A stretch of DNA of 64,000 nt from a virus: positions 1 to 64,000 of IMG/VR virus record IMGVR_UViG_3300005827_000042, one strand, 5' to 3'. How positions within the stretch are numbered: the first letter of the stretch is position 1; every line of letters begins with the position of its first letter. Made by a program: the position numbers and the translations under genes. Positions 46,724-53,713 of the stretch are shown one piece after another. Under the pieces are notes generated by a model. That model was not told the DNA's origin and did no database searches. It was given only the letters and a program-made list of their open reading frames with translations.

Positions 46724-47467
46724 GTGAAAGAATCAAATATTTTCGACCAGATCAACTCCATTATTCGTAACGTTGAGGGCAGTATTGTAAACTTGCTCTC
46801 TGGTATTGTGCCGTGGTTTGCCCCCATTCCTGCGGCCTATATGAGCTATGTTCACATGACCAAGTTACTCGAATTTCCATCTCTGGTGGCTGGGCCTGTG
46901 GCCGCCGTGATCGAGGTACTTGGATTTGCTACGGTATCTACCATCCTGTCATTCTGGTCCTACAATAAGCGTTACTCGGATGAGAAGAAGCAGGCCCCTG
47001 TAGGGTTAGTTGTTTTCGCCTTTGTGTTCTACCTGGGCATTGTTCTGGTCATGAATGTGATTATCGAGGCCACGGTTGGTACTGAGATGTTTAAGGGAGC
47101 AGTTATTGTTGTACGTGCTCTTCTGACTCTCATGAGTATCCCTGCCGCTCTGGTGCTGGCTGTTCGTACCCAACATCAGGAAGTTCTGAATGATGGAGAA
47201 GAACAGAAGCGTGTCCGTGCTTTCAAAAAGCAGTATGGTGATCGATGGTTTGAGGTGATGTATGGCGCAAAACCTGAAAGTGGAAACTTTCCGAAACTTT
47301 CAGAAACTTTCAATTCTAGCTGGCGTACAGCCAGAAAATCAATGAGTGAGGAAGATGTACAGTTTATTGCAACTGCTCCAGTAGCAGATATTATGACTAA
47401 GTTCGGTATACGAGTTGAGCGTACTGCGTACAATTGGCAAGAGTATGCCAAGCGTGAACTCAGCTAA
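46724..47467 (+). CDS. membrane protein with soluble C-terminal domain (possible HTH)
   Basis: GTG start. About 4 TM helices in the first 150 aa. C-terminal VADIMTKFGIRVERTAYNWQEYAKR resembles a helix-turn-helix. Confidence 0.5.
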   Translation: MKESNIFDQINSIIRNVEGSIVNLLSGIVPWFAPIPAAYMSYVHMTKLLEFPSLVAGPVAAVIEVLGFATVSTILSFWSYNKRYSDEKKQAPVGLVVFAFVFYLGIVLVMNVIIEATVGTEMFKGAVIVVRALLTLMSIPAALVLAVRTQHQEVLNDGEEQKRVRAFKKQYGDRWFEVMYGAKPESGNFPKLSETFNSSWRTARKSMSEEDVQFIATAPVADIMTKFGIRVERTAYNWQEYAKRELS

Positions 47468-47480
47468 TTACACCGTGTAA
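47468..47480. promoter_or_regulatory. perfect copy of the palindrome TTACACCGTGTAA between stop codon and RBS
   Basis: TAA(47465-67)-TTACACCGTGTAA-GGAG-N4-ATG(47489). Confidence 0.55.
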
Positions 47481-47488
47481 GGAGAAAA

Positions 47489-48112
47489 ATGAGCAAGAAT
47501 CTGTTTAGTGAACTGGATTGGCCGAACGTTCTTCGCAGGGCTTCCCTTCTGGCTGCTCTGGCCCTTCTGGCAGTTTCATACTTTGGTTTCAACTCTGGTC
47601 TGGGATTCAAGGGAGGTCTGCTGGTTTCGTCTATGATTTGGTTTGGTTTCACTATCATCCAATTCATAGGCAACTACACCGAGAATCAGACTGACTGGGT
47701 TTTCTTCATGGTGTGGCTCTTCACCTATCTGGTCGGTATTGGTGCAGGTGCCTGGGCTGCATATGGTTGGATTGACGTAGAGAATGAGTGGATTCGTTGG
47801 GTGTGTGCTTTTGGTCTGGGTGGGGCGGCTGAACTTGTGCCGGAGCGTCTGTTCTCCATGTTTGTTACCAGCATGAAGCCGTCAGGGTATCGTGCTCCCC
47901 GTCCAGCTGTTACTCAGAGTAGCCAGCCCACCCGCACGTCAAGTCTTTTTGATGAGCACCAGTCGGCCCCTAAGCCGGTAAGCAAGGATATCCAGAATTC
48001 ACGCTCTGGTGGATTTACTCCTCGCCCTGAGCGTCCCACACCTCCCAAGGAAGGGAGTAGGGATACTTCCAGCGTTGCTCGTTCTGAAGAATACTTCCGG
48101 GGCCTTCACTAA
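47489..48112 (+). CDS. membrane protein with Pro/Ser-rich C-terminal tail
   Basis: 207 aa. About 4 TM helices followed by a low-complexity tail. Confidence 0.5.
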   Translation: MSKNLFSELDWPNVLRRASLLAALALLAVSYFGFNSGLGFKGGLLVSSMIWFGFTIIQFIGNYTENQTDWVFFMVWLFTYLVGIGAGAWAAYGWIDVENEWIRWVCAFGLGGAAELVPERLFSMFVTSMKPSGYRAPRPAVTQSSQPTRTSSLFDEHQSAPKPVSKDIQNSRSGGFTPRPERPTPPKEGSRDTSSVARSEEYFRGLH

Positions 48113-48702
48113 TGCCTAACGGGATACACCACGACAATGTTCATAAAGCAGGATGGGCTGTAATAGGCCCATCCTCTTTATTTGCCATACTGATAAACCC
48201 ATACATTGGATTTGGGATGATAGCGGGATATGCACTTGGCAGGTACTTAAATCCGGATGCTGACTTGGTTGGGATATCCTATGCTGAAGGGATGGCTCTG
48301 AGACACTTCAGTGTTCTTGGTTGGGTATGGGTAGGATACTGGACACCATATGGAGCGGCATTTAAAAGATTGCATCGGTCAGTATGGACTCACTTCCCAT
48401 TCTTATCCACTATCATACGGTACATCTATCTTCTGTGGTGGCTACCGTTGGTAGATATCAAGTGGACTGGGGAGTTTATGGCCTTCATCATCTCCATGTG
48501 GTTTGCGACATCTCTATCTGATATGGGTCATTACGTCTCTGACAAGTGGGAAAAGTTCTTTAGCAAAATATCTGGAACTTCTAACCAATCTATAAGTAAA
48601 TCCAGTAATAATCAGAGGGATAATAGGAAAAATACAGGAAGAAAAAGGAAAAATAATAATGAACGTAGAATGGGCAATAGAACCTCCTACCACAGATCCT
48701 AA
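48112..48702 (+). CDS. polytopic membrane protein (weak DUF2227-like His/Asp pattern)
   Basis: 196 aa. HHDNVH, NPDADL and HRSVWTHFP motifs. Basic C-terminal tail. Family assignment is from memory only. Confidence 0.45.
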   Translation: MPNGIHHDNVHKAGWAVIGPSSLFAILINPYIGFGMIAGYALGRYLNPDADLVGISYAEGMALRHFSVLGWVWVGYWTPYGAAFKRLHRSVWTHFPFLSTIIRYIYLLWWLPLVDIKWTGEFMAFIISMWFATSLSDMGHYVSDKWEKFFSKISGTSNQSISKSSNNQRDNRKNTGRKRKNNNERRMGNRTSYHRS

Positions 48703-48862
48703 CTCTGGAATGAGCAAACAGTGTATTGTGCTTACCAACAGAGGCTATTACAACACCGGATATTACTCATCCCGCTCTGGTATGTGGTATCTGGACGGCC
48801 CAACCATACGTGGAGAACGGGTAATACGCTGGATGAGTGGGGTATGTATAGATGGGAAATAG
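48659..48862 (+). CDS. hypothetical protein
   Basis: 67-aa ORF overlapping the upstream gene by 44 nt. Confidence 0.4.
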   Translation: MNVEWAIEPPTTDPNSGMSKQCIVLTNRGYYNTGYYSSRSGMWYLDGPTIRGERVIRWMSGVCIDGK

Positions 48863-49201
48863 TACGGATTTTGACCTGTAAGGGGGACATTCAAAGAACG
48901 GGGGAATGGTAAATGAAAATTTCTACCAACGGTCGAGTGTAAAAACTGGATTTGCTGCGTTCCCATATCCGCCCGACGTCCGCCGTGTGTGCTGTCTAGA
49001 GTACCCCTGTATGGCCACAGGAACGCCTGTAAGACGTCCAATACTGCGCATGGGTATAACGCTATGGTAGTGACGTAGTGACAATGGAGAAGTGGGGAAT
49101 GGGGGGAGCTGGTCTAGGTTTATGAACTGGTGAACGAATGTAGATCAGCGACAACCCGGGTAAACAGGTAAACGAGTTTTCAAAATTGCCTTGATTTACT
49201 C

Positions 49202-49230
49202 TTGACACATTGTCACTAAGTGACTAAACT
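49202..49230 (+). promoter_or_regulatory. sigma70-like promoter TTGACA-N17-TAAACT
   Basis: -35 TTGACA at 49202-49207, 17-nt spacer, -10 TAAACT at 49225-49230. The -35/spacer overlaps the inverted repeat TGACA-CAT-TGTCA (49203-49215). Confidence 0.5.
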
Positions 49231-49236
49231 CAGTCC

Positions 49237-49848
49237 CGTTCGACCAAGGCAGAGAATGTAGGCCAGCGAACAGATTGGAGATAGATCATAGAACGGTAAT
49301 TAGGGGGGAAAGGTGGTACGCCTAACACCAGAGTTAGGTGATTGACATTCCGCATGATTAGCAAAAAGTACATCCCAGTACAGGATTGTACGCAATGAGT
49401 AACCAATAACCCGTTAGGTATAATGTAAACTTTTATCCCTGATAATAAAAGCGATTGGGAACGGGTAGGGAATGAATGTAAGAGAATAGGCGCTACTATG
49501 CCGCGATAACATTCCCTGTAAGCAGTCTCAAAGTGTATGAGAACTGGTACGGCTGGAAACAACTAATCTGAAAATACTTAGTGTGCAGGGACATCCCTTA
49601 GTGAAGAAATCCTAAGCGGCTCTGAGTCCTACGTCTTTCATCCCTTGCAAGTGTTGACTTCCTTGCGTAAGGTGCGAGCCGCATAGCAAAGCGGCATCGG
49701 CTGAATACATCGCGCTAGTAATGACAGGTATCACTGGTAACTGTCAGGAACGCGCAGGGTAACGTGAGACAAATACTAAGTAATGCGGGCTATGGTGGCA
49801 AGTGAAATGTCTAGATCATGGTACGTTTGACATGATCTAGGCATTTTT
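49237..49848 (+). ncRNA. candidate ~600-nt non-coding transcript (unclassified)
   Basis: Bounded by the promoter above and the terminator at 49811-49848. By hand reading, no + strand ORF longer than ~15 codons. Multiple local helices. Confidence 0.3.
49811..49848 (+). terminator. rho-independent terminator
   Basis: CTAGATCATG-N10-CATGATCTAG (10-bp perfect stem) followed by GCATTTTTGG. Confidence 0.7.
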
Positions 49849-50178
49849 GGCACACTTGCAATGGCATAAGAAATACGCGCTTCCTGATAAGTAACGGCAG
49901 ATACGGTATGTCCCCCCATGCTAGTTATGGGTGGTTGTTATCTGTGCATAGTATGCATTCTTATGTCTGATTATCTCTTTTCTCTTGTCCAGTGGGTGGG
50001 GATGGGAGATAACACTATGGCAATGCAGATGACAGTACATGTGATCTTTTCATCTGTCACGCTACATCATTACACATGGCATGGGTGAATACTAGCTACA
50101 CCCCTGCCATTATAGCCAAGGGTGAATTGCGCCTATCGATCTTATCAACACTAAGTAACATACCTATAGGAATCAGCC

Positions 50179-50451
50179 ATGAAAACCGTCAAAGTAACGT
50201 ATAACCGCTTTTTGTACCTTGGGTTCTTCGTGTCAGTGTACCGGCACCAAGAGGATAACCGTGTCTGGTTTGAAACGTATGTCGAGGCTGTCAGCCTCAA
50301 CGATGACGGGAACTACGTCATTCAGCCCGTTACCCCGGAACCGGTGAACGTTACTGCGACTGTAAGCAGGCGCGACTCCAAGGCGCAGTGCGATCTGTCC
50401 ATGTGCTCTCTGGCTACCGGGATCACGTGGATTGACATGAACCTCAAGTAG
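50179..50451 (+). CDS. hypothetical protein
   Basis: 90-aa ORF with a weak AGGAA RBS, isolated within non-coding DNA. Confidence 0.45.
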   Translation: MKTVKVTYNRFLYLGFFVSVYRHQEDNRVWFETYVEAVSLNDDGNYVIQPVTPEPVNVTATVSRRDSKAQCDLSMCSLATGITWIDMNLK

Positions 50452-50632
50452 TCACCCTTGAAGCTAAGGTGCCCCATACCTACTTGAAATGGGTCTGGTC
50501 CTTGTATTACAATGCAGGCGCATACTACCCATTTGAGATGCGCTTGATGCTCTCCAGCCTCTAACAGGTTTCCGAGGGAGAGATGCGCCTGCTATATAGA
50601 TGGTTTGCCAGGGGCCATTTGTAACCCCTGGC

Positions 50633-50691
50633 AGGCTATCAAAAGGGTATAGGCTTTCCATACCATATAGCCTACACCCTTTTGATAGCCT
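50633..50691. repeat. long inverted repeat (16-bp perfect arms plus inner 6-bp helix)
   Basis: AGGCTATCAAAAGGGT (50633-50648) pairs with ACCCTTTTGATAGCCT (50676-50691). Preceded by the hairpin GCCAGGGG/CCCCTGGC (50607-50632). Confidence 0.65.
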
Positions 50692-50724
50692 TACGTTACC
50701 GGCTATAGAAGGAAGGAGATTATC

Positions 50725-50970
50725 ATGATTGCAGATTGCTTGACGAAAAAGACTCGTGCAAAATCCCTGTCAGTTAGAGGGCGCAAGTCGTTTGTTGATT
50801 GGGCGGCCCTGCCGCCCGGAGAGTTCCGTGATGATGAAGTGAAGAATGTTCCCCTCCCCAAAGCAACGCTGGCCGGACATGAGCGTCCCGCCCGCAGAAC
50901 AAAGTCATGGGGAAGCGGTTCCCGCTTTATTAAGCGGGATTTGGAGAAGGCCAAGTTCTATGCTGACTGA
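50725..50970 (+). CDS. hypothetical basic protein
   Basis: 81 aa. Strong RBS AAGGAGATTATCATG. Confidence 0.5.
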   Translation: MIADCLTKKTRAKSLSVRGRKSFVDWAALPPGEFRDDEVKNVPLPKATLAGHERPARRTKSWGSGSRFIKRDLEKAKFYAD

Positions 50971-51127
50971 TGTTGCAATCGCCATCATCACGGGCTTCGG
51001 CCCACTTGTGTTGTTCTACGCATTGTTCCGTTGGATGTTGGCTACTCAATCCCCCGAAGTGGGGGAAAAGGTGGCCGAACAAATCATCAATCGCTGGGTT
51101 GATAAAGCCCGCGAAGAGAGGAGATAA
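50960..51127 (+). CDS. small membrane protein (55 aa)
   Basis: Start re-assigned to ATG 50960 inside the track ORF. Sequence MLTDVAIAIITGFGPLVLFYALF.. forms a TM helix. Confidence 0.4.
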   Translation: MLTDVAIAIITGFGPLVLFYALFRWMLATQSPEVGEKVAEQIINRWVDKAREERR

Positions 51128-51128
51128 C

Positions 51129-51251
51129 ATGAAGTGGTTCATCGTTCTGGTCGCATTGGTTATTATCGTGGCGATCGTTATCGCCCTGTTCCCGCAGGGC
51201 AATACCGTCACGACGAATGGCGGTCTGGTCGAATTCTTGACCGGACGCTAG
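51129..51251 (+). CDS. small membrane peptide (40 aa)
   Basis: GGAGA RBS. MKWFIVLVALVIIVAIVIALF.. hydrophobic helix. Confidence 0.35.
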   Translation: MKWFIVLVALVIIVAIVIALFPQGNTVTTNGGLVEFLTGR

Positions 51252-51331
51252 GTCTAGCTCTATCCCACCCATCCTATCCTACCATCATAGTTGTTCAATC
51301 CACCCGCCAAGGGTGGATAAGGAGAAAAATC

Positions 51332-51661
51332 ATGAAAAACACCAAGATCGAAACGCTCAAGGCTCAGAAAGACGCCCTGGAGCAGAAGCTCGCCGCCATG
51401 AACGCCAAGATCGCCGCCGCTGAAACGGCTACCAAGAAGGTGGAAATCAAGGTCAGCGCCGATGTTCGCAAGAAGCTCGTCGGGCTGATTGAGGCCGACG
51501 CCAACCGCACTTCGGTGCGCGAAAATGGATACAAATGGCCATGCTTCATGGCCTCAAAGGTGTTCTACGCTGCCCGAAGCGCGGGCAAACCGATCGATCC
51601 GGCGGCCATGTCGGATGGCACCGCGCTGGCTCTGGCCAAGGCTTATGGCCTTATGAAGTAG
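51332..51661 (+). CDS. hypothetical protein
   Basis: Start at ATG 51332 (AAGGAG RBS), 109 aa. N-terminal coiled coil. GC-rich codon usage. Confidence 0.5.
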   Translation: MKNTKIETLKAQKDALEQKLAAMNAKIAAAETATKKVEIKVSADVRKKLVGLIEADANRTSVRENGYKWPCFMASKVFYAARSAGKPIDPAAMSDGTALALAKAYGLMK

Positions 51662-51673
51662 GTCGGAATTGTG

Positions 51674-51705
51674 ACGGCAGGGCAGGATAAAATGCCCCCT
51701 GCCGT
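51674..51705 (+). terminator. stem-loop after the 51332-51661 gene (no clear U-tract)
   Basis: ACGGCAGGG-N14-CCCTGCCGT, 9-bp perfect stem, 12 nt after the stop. Confidence 0.4.
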
Positions 51706-52057
51706 TAGCCCCGCACAGACCAGCCGCCAAGTGGCCGGGGTGGGTCGCGCTAATGGGTCTGTCTAGCAACAAAAGGAGGATATATGCGTTGATTAGCTTG
51801 TTCTGCCTTGCATGGGGCAGTGGAAACAATGCACAAGGCACGGGAATAGCCCTGGAAAATCCCAAATTTATAACCCGCGCTAGGGTCATAACTGCGCGGG
51901 ATTAGAAATGTAATCACGGGCAGTATTGGGAGTTCAAAAGCTCCACATTCCATTTCGAGGGTGGATACTGTCTCTAGGCAGTTGGTGTGGTCTACCTTAG
52001 ACCTTAAACCGTTGGGGGACGGCCCCATAAAAACAACGGCCAACCGTCTCTAATAAA

Positions 52058-52090
52058 CTACTCATGTTGATTGCACATCTACATGAGTAG
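52058..52090 (+). other. 9-bp perfect hairpin upstream of the 52117 gene
   Basis: CTACTCATG-N15-CATGAGTAG. Confidence 0.5.
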
Positions 52091-52116
52091 AATTGTACAT
52101 AATAAAGGAGATTATC

Positions 52117-52491
52117 ATGAATACTGACGTAGTAATCGTTACCCGCCACGAAACTTTGGTTAAGTGGCTTAATAATCATGGAATTTTTGGTCCTGTCTTC
52201 GCTCAGGTAACGGAGCAGGATATTCGTGGGAAAGATGTTTACGGCATCCTCCCTATGTGGTTGGCCGCACACGCCAACAGCGTAACCGAAGTTAGTATGC
52301 CTGGGCTTCCTCTTGAAGCCCGTGGGAGAGTGAATGGCGGTGATTACACCGTCGAGCAGATGGATGAATGGGGAGCAACCCTCAAAACATTTGCGATCTT
52401 CTCGAAAGATGAGCTTGACCGAGCAGTTCCGGGTGGAAATTGCCATCTGGAGCAGTCTAAATGGGGTGCCATTCGTGGAATTTTGTGGTAG
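52117..52491 (+). CDS. Csx16-like (VVA1548-family-like) small protein - tentative
   Basis: Start at ATG 52117 (AAGGAGATTATCATG). VVIVTRHETLVKWL..GKDVYGILPMWLAAHA..MPGLPLEARG resembles my memory of the Csx16 pattern (ITRH.GA..W....GD.V.G.LP..LAA....L.LP...RG). Confidence 0.35.
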   Translation: MNTDVVIVTRHETLVKWLNNHGIFGPVFAQVTEQDIRGKDVYGILPMWLAAHANSVTEVSMPGLPLEARGRVNGGDYTVEQMDEWGATLKTFAIFSKDELDRAVPGGNCHLEQSKWGAIRGILW

Positions 52492-52502
52492 GAGGAGTGA
52501 GT

Positions 52503-52808
52503 ATGTCAGACTACGACGAAGAAGATGCCAAAAAAAGAGCTAGTATTATTGTTCGTGCTTGCCAGCTTTGCAAGGGCAAGTGGCTGGAGGTCGGTGCGGC
52601 TGTTGGCACGAGCGATGACCCAACTACGTACGAACTCAACAACCTCACTGACAGCGAGGCATTACTGGAGTGGGGCGGTGTAAGAAGGGTGGTTGATCGT
52701 AATACGGTGTTTGATGTGAATATTGCGTGCAATATTGCAATGCTCTTATATCACACAGACTTCACGGAAGAGCAGGTGATAGATATGATATCTGCGCGAA
52801 CTGATTAA
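52503..52808 (+). CDS. hypothetical protein
   Basis: Start at ATG 52503 (GGAGG RBS), 101 aa. Confidence 0.5.
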   Translation: MSDYDEEDAKKRASIIVRACQLCKGKWLEVGAAVGTSDDPTTYELNNLTDSEALLEWGGVRRVVDRNTVFDVNIACNIAMLLYHTDFTEEQVIDMISARTD

Positions 52809-52852
52809 CTCCACTGATGTGGAGATATTATATTCAATAAGGAGAATTGAAA

Positions 52853-53074
52853 ATGTTGGTTGCCTTGATTGCCAAGATTGAAAAGAAAATGGCTGGAATG
52901 CTTCATACCCCGGCCAACTACGCCAAAGTGTTGGCGCAGTTATCGGTATCGGAGTTGGACACCATTTTGGTGGGGGTACCGGAGAACCCCACCTTAGTGG
53001 ACGATGGCCTGTTGACTGCCATCGAAGTCCTCACCCCTCTGTGGGAGAAGGGAGGTGTTTGGTCCACGTTCTAG
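52853..53074 (+). CDS. hypothetical protein
   Basis: Start at ATG 52853 (AAGGAG, 8-nt spacer), 73 aa. Confidence 0.5.
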   Translation: MLVALIAKIEKKMAGMLHTPANYAKVLAQLSVSELDTILVGVPENPTLVDDGLLTAIEVLTPLWEKGGVWSTF

Positions 53075-53176
53075 TGGGCTAATCAACTTCTAATATTTTA
53101 CAGTTGTGATCGGGTTATCATAGTGATGTAACTGGATACCGTCAGGACGAAGACGAGTACCAGAACAAGTAATAAA

Positions 53177-53206
53177 TTACACGGTGTAAGAGATTACACC
53201 GTGTAA
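53177..53206. promoter_or_regulatory. two perfect copies of the palindrome (TTACACGGTGTAA and TTACACCGTGTAA) 4 nt apart, immediately 5' of the tRNA
   Basis: Copies at 53177-53189 and 53194-53206. The tRNA starts at 53210. Confidence 0.6.
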
Positions 53207-53209
53207 CTC

Positions 53210-53282
53210 AGCCCTATAGCTCAATGGTTAGAGCGTCATCCTTATAAGGTGCGGGTTGTGGGTTCGACTCCCACTAGGGCTA
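53210..53282 (+). tRNA. tRNA, anticodon UAU (Ile, AUA codon)
   Basis: Hand-folded cloverleaf. Acceptor AGCCCTA/TAGGGCT, D arm GCTC-AATGGTTA-GAGC. Anticodon arm TCATC-CTTATAA-GGTGC with a 27:43 mismatch. T arm GTGGG-TTCGACT-CCCAC. Discriminator A, no encoded CCA. Confidence 0.8.
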
Positions 53283-53310
53283 CAAAGAACACATTATTGA
53301 AGGAGGTGAT

Positions 53311-53499
53311 ATGAAGTACCGATCAGTAATGAACCACACTGACAGTAGTGCTCAATACAAACGAGCACGGAAGAGAGTTCTTGAAGACGAAGGGCATATC
53401 AAGTGTGGCTTCTGTGCATATCACAGAGGTGATAACGGAATTCGTTTGCAAAGATCGTGGAAAAGGTACCGTAAAAATCGTTGGAGGAGTGTGAAATGA
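53311..53499 (+). CDS. small basic protein
   Basis: 62 aa, GGAGG RBS, Arg/Lys-rich. Confidence 0.5.
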   Translation: MKYRSVMNHTDSSAQYKRARKRVLEDEGHIKCGFCAYHRGDNGIRLQRSWKRYRKNRWRSVK

Positions 53500-53687
53500 A
53501 AATCAGACAGGCTCAATTGTTGTTGTTTATTATGCTTATGTTCCAAATTGGGATGTTGGTGAGGAATATCTGTGTTCTGATTTTGTATGCTCTTGGAATT
53601 GTGAGTGCAGATATGATAATGATAGTGTCTTCCATCAGTGTTGGGTCAGTTGCTATTGTCAGCATGGTTTATTACCTATCCAAGTAA
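53496..53687 (+). CDS. small two-TM membrane protein
   Basis: Start at ATG 53496 (GGAGG RBS), 63 aa hydrophobic. Confidence 0.45.
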   Translation: MKIRQAQLLLFIMLMFQIGMLVRNICVLILYALGIVSADMIMIVSSISVGSVAIVSMVYYLSK

Positions 53688-53713
53688 CATCATTCAAACA
53701 AAGGAGAGAAGAC

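Noticed and set aside
48874-49520. The 8-mer CCTGTAAG occurring three times in the non-coding region (about 48876, 49026 and 49514), and again at 41911
   Set aside because: The copy at 41911 is just the complement of the portal RBS context. Three short hits without surrounding similarity are too weak to call a motif without statistics.
49230-49562. 110-aa - strand ORF inside the ORF-free region
   Set aside because: It has a TTG start with no Shine-Dalgarno sequence and lies in isolation. I treat the region as non-coding.
49671-49698. GAGCCGCAU...CGGCUG, resembling a group II intron domain V
   Set aside because: It cannot be folded into the 34-nt bulged domain V helix with a GNRA loop. No maturase/RT gene or flanking exons are present.
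50633-50691. The 16-bp inverted repeat as an attP core or transposon end
   Set aside because: No integrase or transposase gene and no matching second repeat copy are in the window. It is kept only as a hairpin/inverted-repeat feature.
51554-52446. Three - strand ORFs (111, 97 and 149 aa) across the 51.6-52.4 kb gap
   Set aside because: They overlap each other and the RBS-supported + strand gene at 52117. None has an RBS, and their composition is typical of antisense or GC-rich noise.
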